The notes under the pieces were generated by a model. The model was not told where the DNA came from. It ran no database searches and saw only the letters and a list, made by a program, of their open reading frames with translations. A program made the translations under genes and the position numbers. Below, one piece after another: positions 37,286 through 38,100 of a DNA stretch of 38,100 bases; the first letter of the stretch is position 1, and each line of letters opens with the position of its first letter. The DNA comes from Alteromonadales bacterium (lineage in GTDB: Bacteria > Pseudomonadota > Gammaproteobacteria > Enterobacterales > GCA-2746155), in NCBI GenBank assembly GCA_964228485.1, contig CAXRAF010000023.1:1-38100 (forward strand), given 5' to 3'.

Positions 37286-38091
37286 CGCTTCATTGACTCC
37301 TGCAGGTCAGCCATATAATCCTCAGCAGGAAAATGAAACGGCACAGGACCATCGGGGCTACCTTGCATAAATTGACTGACTGTTTCGGAGCTATTTTGAT
37401 TGAGTTCCCCGGGCGTTCCTTCAGCCATCACTTTACCCTGTGCAAGGACATAACAATAGTCAGCAATTGATGTGACTTCGGCAACATCATGGGACACCAC
37501 CACTGAGGTTAATTTCAGTGATGTATTGAGTGTATTGATCAGCTTCATCAGGACACCCATAGAAATCGGGTCTTGTCCGGTAAAGGGTTCATCATACATG
37601 ACCATTTCAGGGTCCAATGCAACCGCTCTCGCGAGTGCAACACGCCGTGCCATACCGCCAGAAAGTTCAGAGGGCATCAAATCTTTGGCACCACGTAAAC
37701 CAACAGCATTAAGCTTCATCAGCACGATCGTGCGTATTATCGAGCGGGGCAAGTTGGTATGCTCACGTAGTGGAAAAGCGACATTGTCAAATACGCTTAA
37801 GTCGCTGAATAAGGCGCCACTCTGAAACAGCATGCCCATTTTCTGACGCGCATTATAGAGTTCTTTTTGTGACATCTTATGAATATCTTCACCATGAAAT
37901 AATATTCGCCCACCGTCAGGTTTTAGCTGAGCGCCAATGAGTTTTAGCAGAGTGGTTTTACCGGTGCCACTGGGCCCCATAATGGCGGTTGTTTTGCCGG
38001 CCATTATCGTTAAATTAAGACCATTAAATATCGCCCGCTCTCCACGGTGATATGTCATGTTCTCAACTTGGATTAGTGGAGTGTCAGTCAT
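37282..38091 (-). CDS. mlaF: ABC transporter ATP-binding protein MlaF
   Basis: Walker [10 protein letters not shown], signature [14 protein letters not shown] and Walker B MVMYDEP. First gene of the mla operon. Confidence 0.95.
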   Translation of the reverse strand: MTDTPLIQVENMTYHRGERAIFNGLNLTIMAGKTTAIMGPSGTGKTTLLKLIGAQLKPDGGRILFHGEDIHKMSQKELYNARQKMGMLFQSGALFSDLSVFDNVAFPLREHTNLPRSIIRTIVLMKLNAVGLRGAKDLMPSELSGGMARRVALARAVALDPEMVMYDEPFTGQDPISMGVLMKLINTLNTSLKLTSVVVSHDVAEVTSIADYCYVLAQGKVMAEGTPGELNQNSSETVSQFMQGSPDGPVPFHFPAEDYMADLQESMKR

Positions 38092-38100
38092 TTACGTATT

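Noticed and set aside
1-38100. I looked across the whole window for CRISPR arrays, IS elements or transposases, integrases, toxin-antitoxin pairs and recognisable defence systems.
   Set aside because: No spaced repeat arrays were seen. No ORF has transposase, integrase, nuclease-helicase or other defence-type motifs that I recognise. The only repeats found are the short ones already reported.

Overview
This 38.1-kb window looks like a chromosomal segment of a moderately AT-rich, probably marine gammaproteobacterium (taxon guess is low confidence).

Layout:
- 1-2.1 kb: a small housekeeping-like operon (all-alpha dimeric dUTPase family, standalone 5'-3' exonuclease, YheU).
- 2.2-22.4 kb: an accessory-looking region on the + strand. 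It holds a secreted Cys-rich protein, a mini membrane protein, an APC permease and a PAPS sulfotransferase. It also holds two TonB-dependent receptor (TBDR) loci, separated by an orphan family-3 solute-binding protein on the - strand and a 604-bp AT-rich non-coding spacer.
- 22.4-38.1 kb: a conserved core block with tRNA-Met, ychF-pth-rplY(ctc)-prs, tRNA-Gln, ispE-lolB-TPR (- strand), hemA-prfA-prmC-moeB plus a DegS/AlgW-like protease (+ strand), and ibaG-mlaBCDEF (- strand). The ychF..moeB order matches the arrangement known from Pseudomonas.

TBDR locus 2 (16389-22379) reads as an alpha-glucan uptake locus: receptor, halogenase-family flavoprotein and periplasmic GH13.

TBDR locus 1 (5518-14973, possibly including the sulfotransferase at 4422) is the most unusual part. 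A TonB receptor is followed by a SAM methyltransferase, an 844-aa B12-type radical SAM enzyme with a long N-terminal extension, an intact flavin-dependent halogenase, and a tightly coupled paralogue that has lost its FAD and catalytic motifs. It contains no carbohydrate-active enzyme. I propose it as an uncharacterised uptake-coupled tailoring system.

No CRISPR array, transposase, integrase or recognisable defence gene was seen. All family calls come from motif recognition by eye; no database search was possible.
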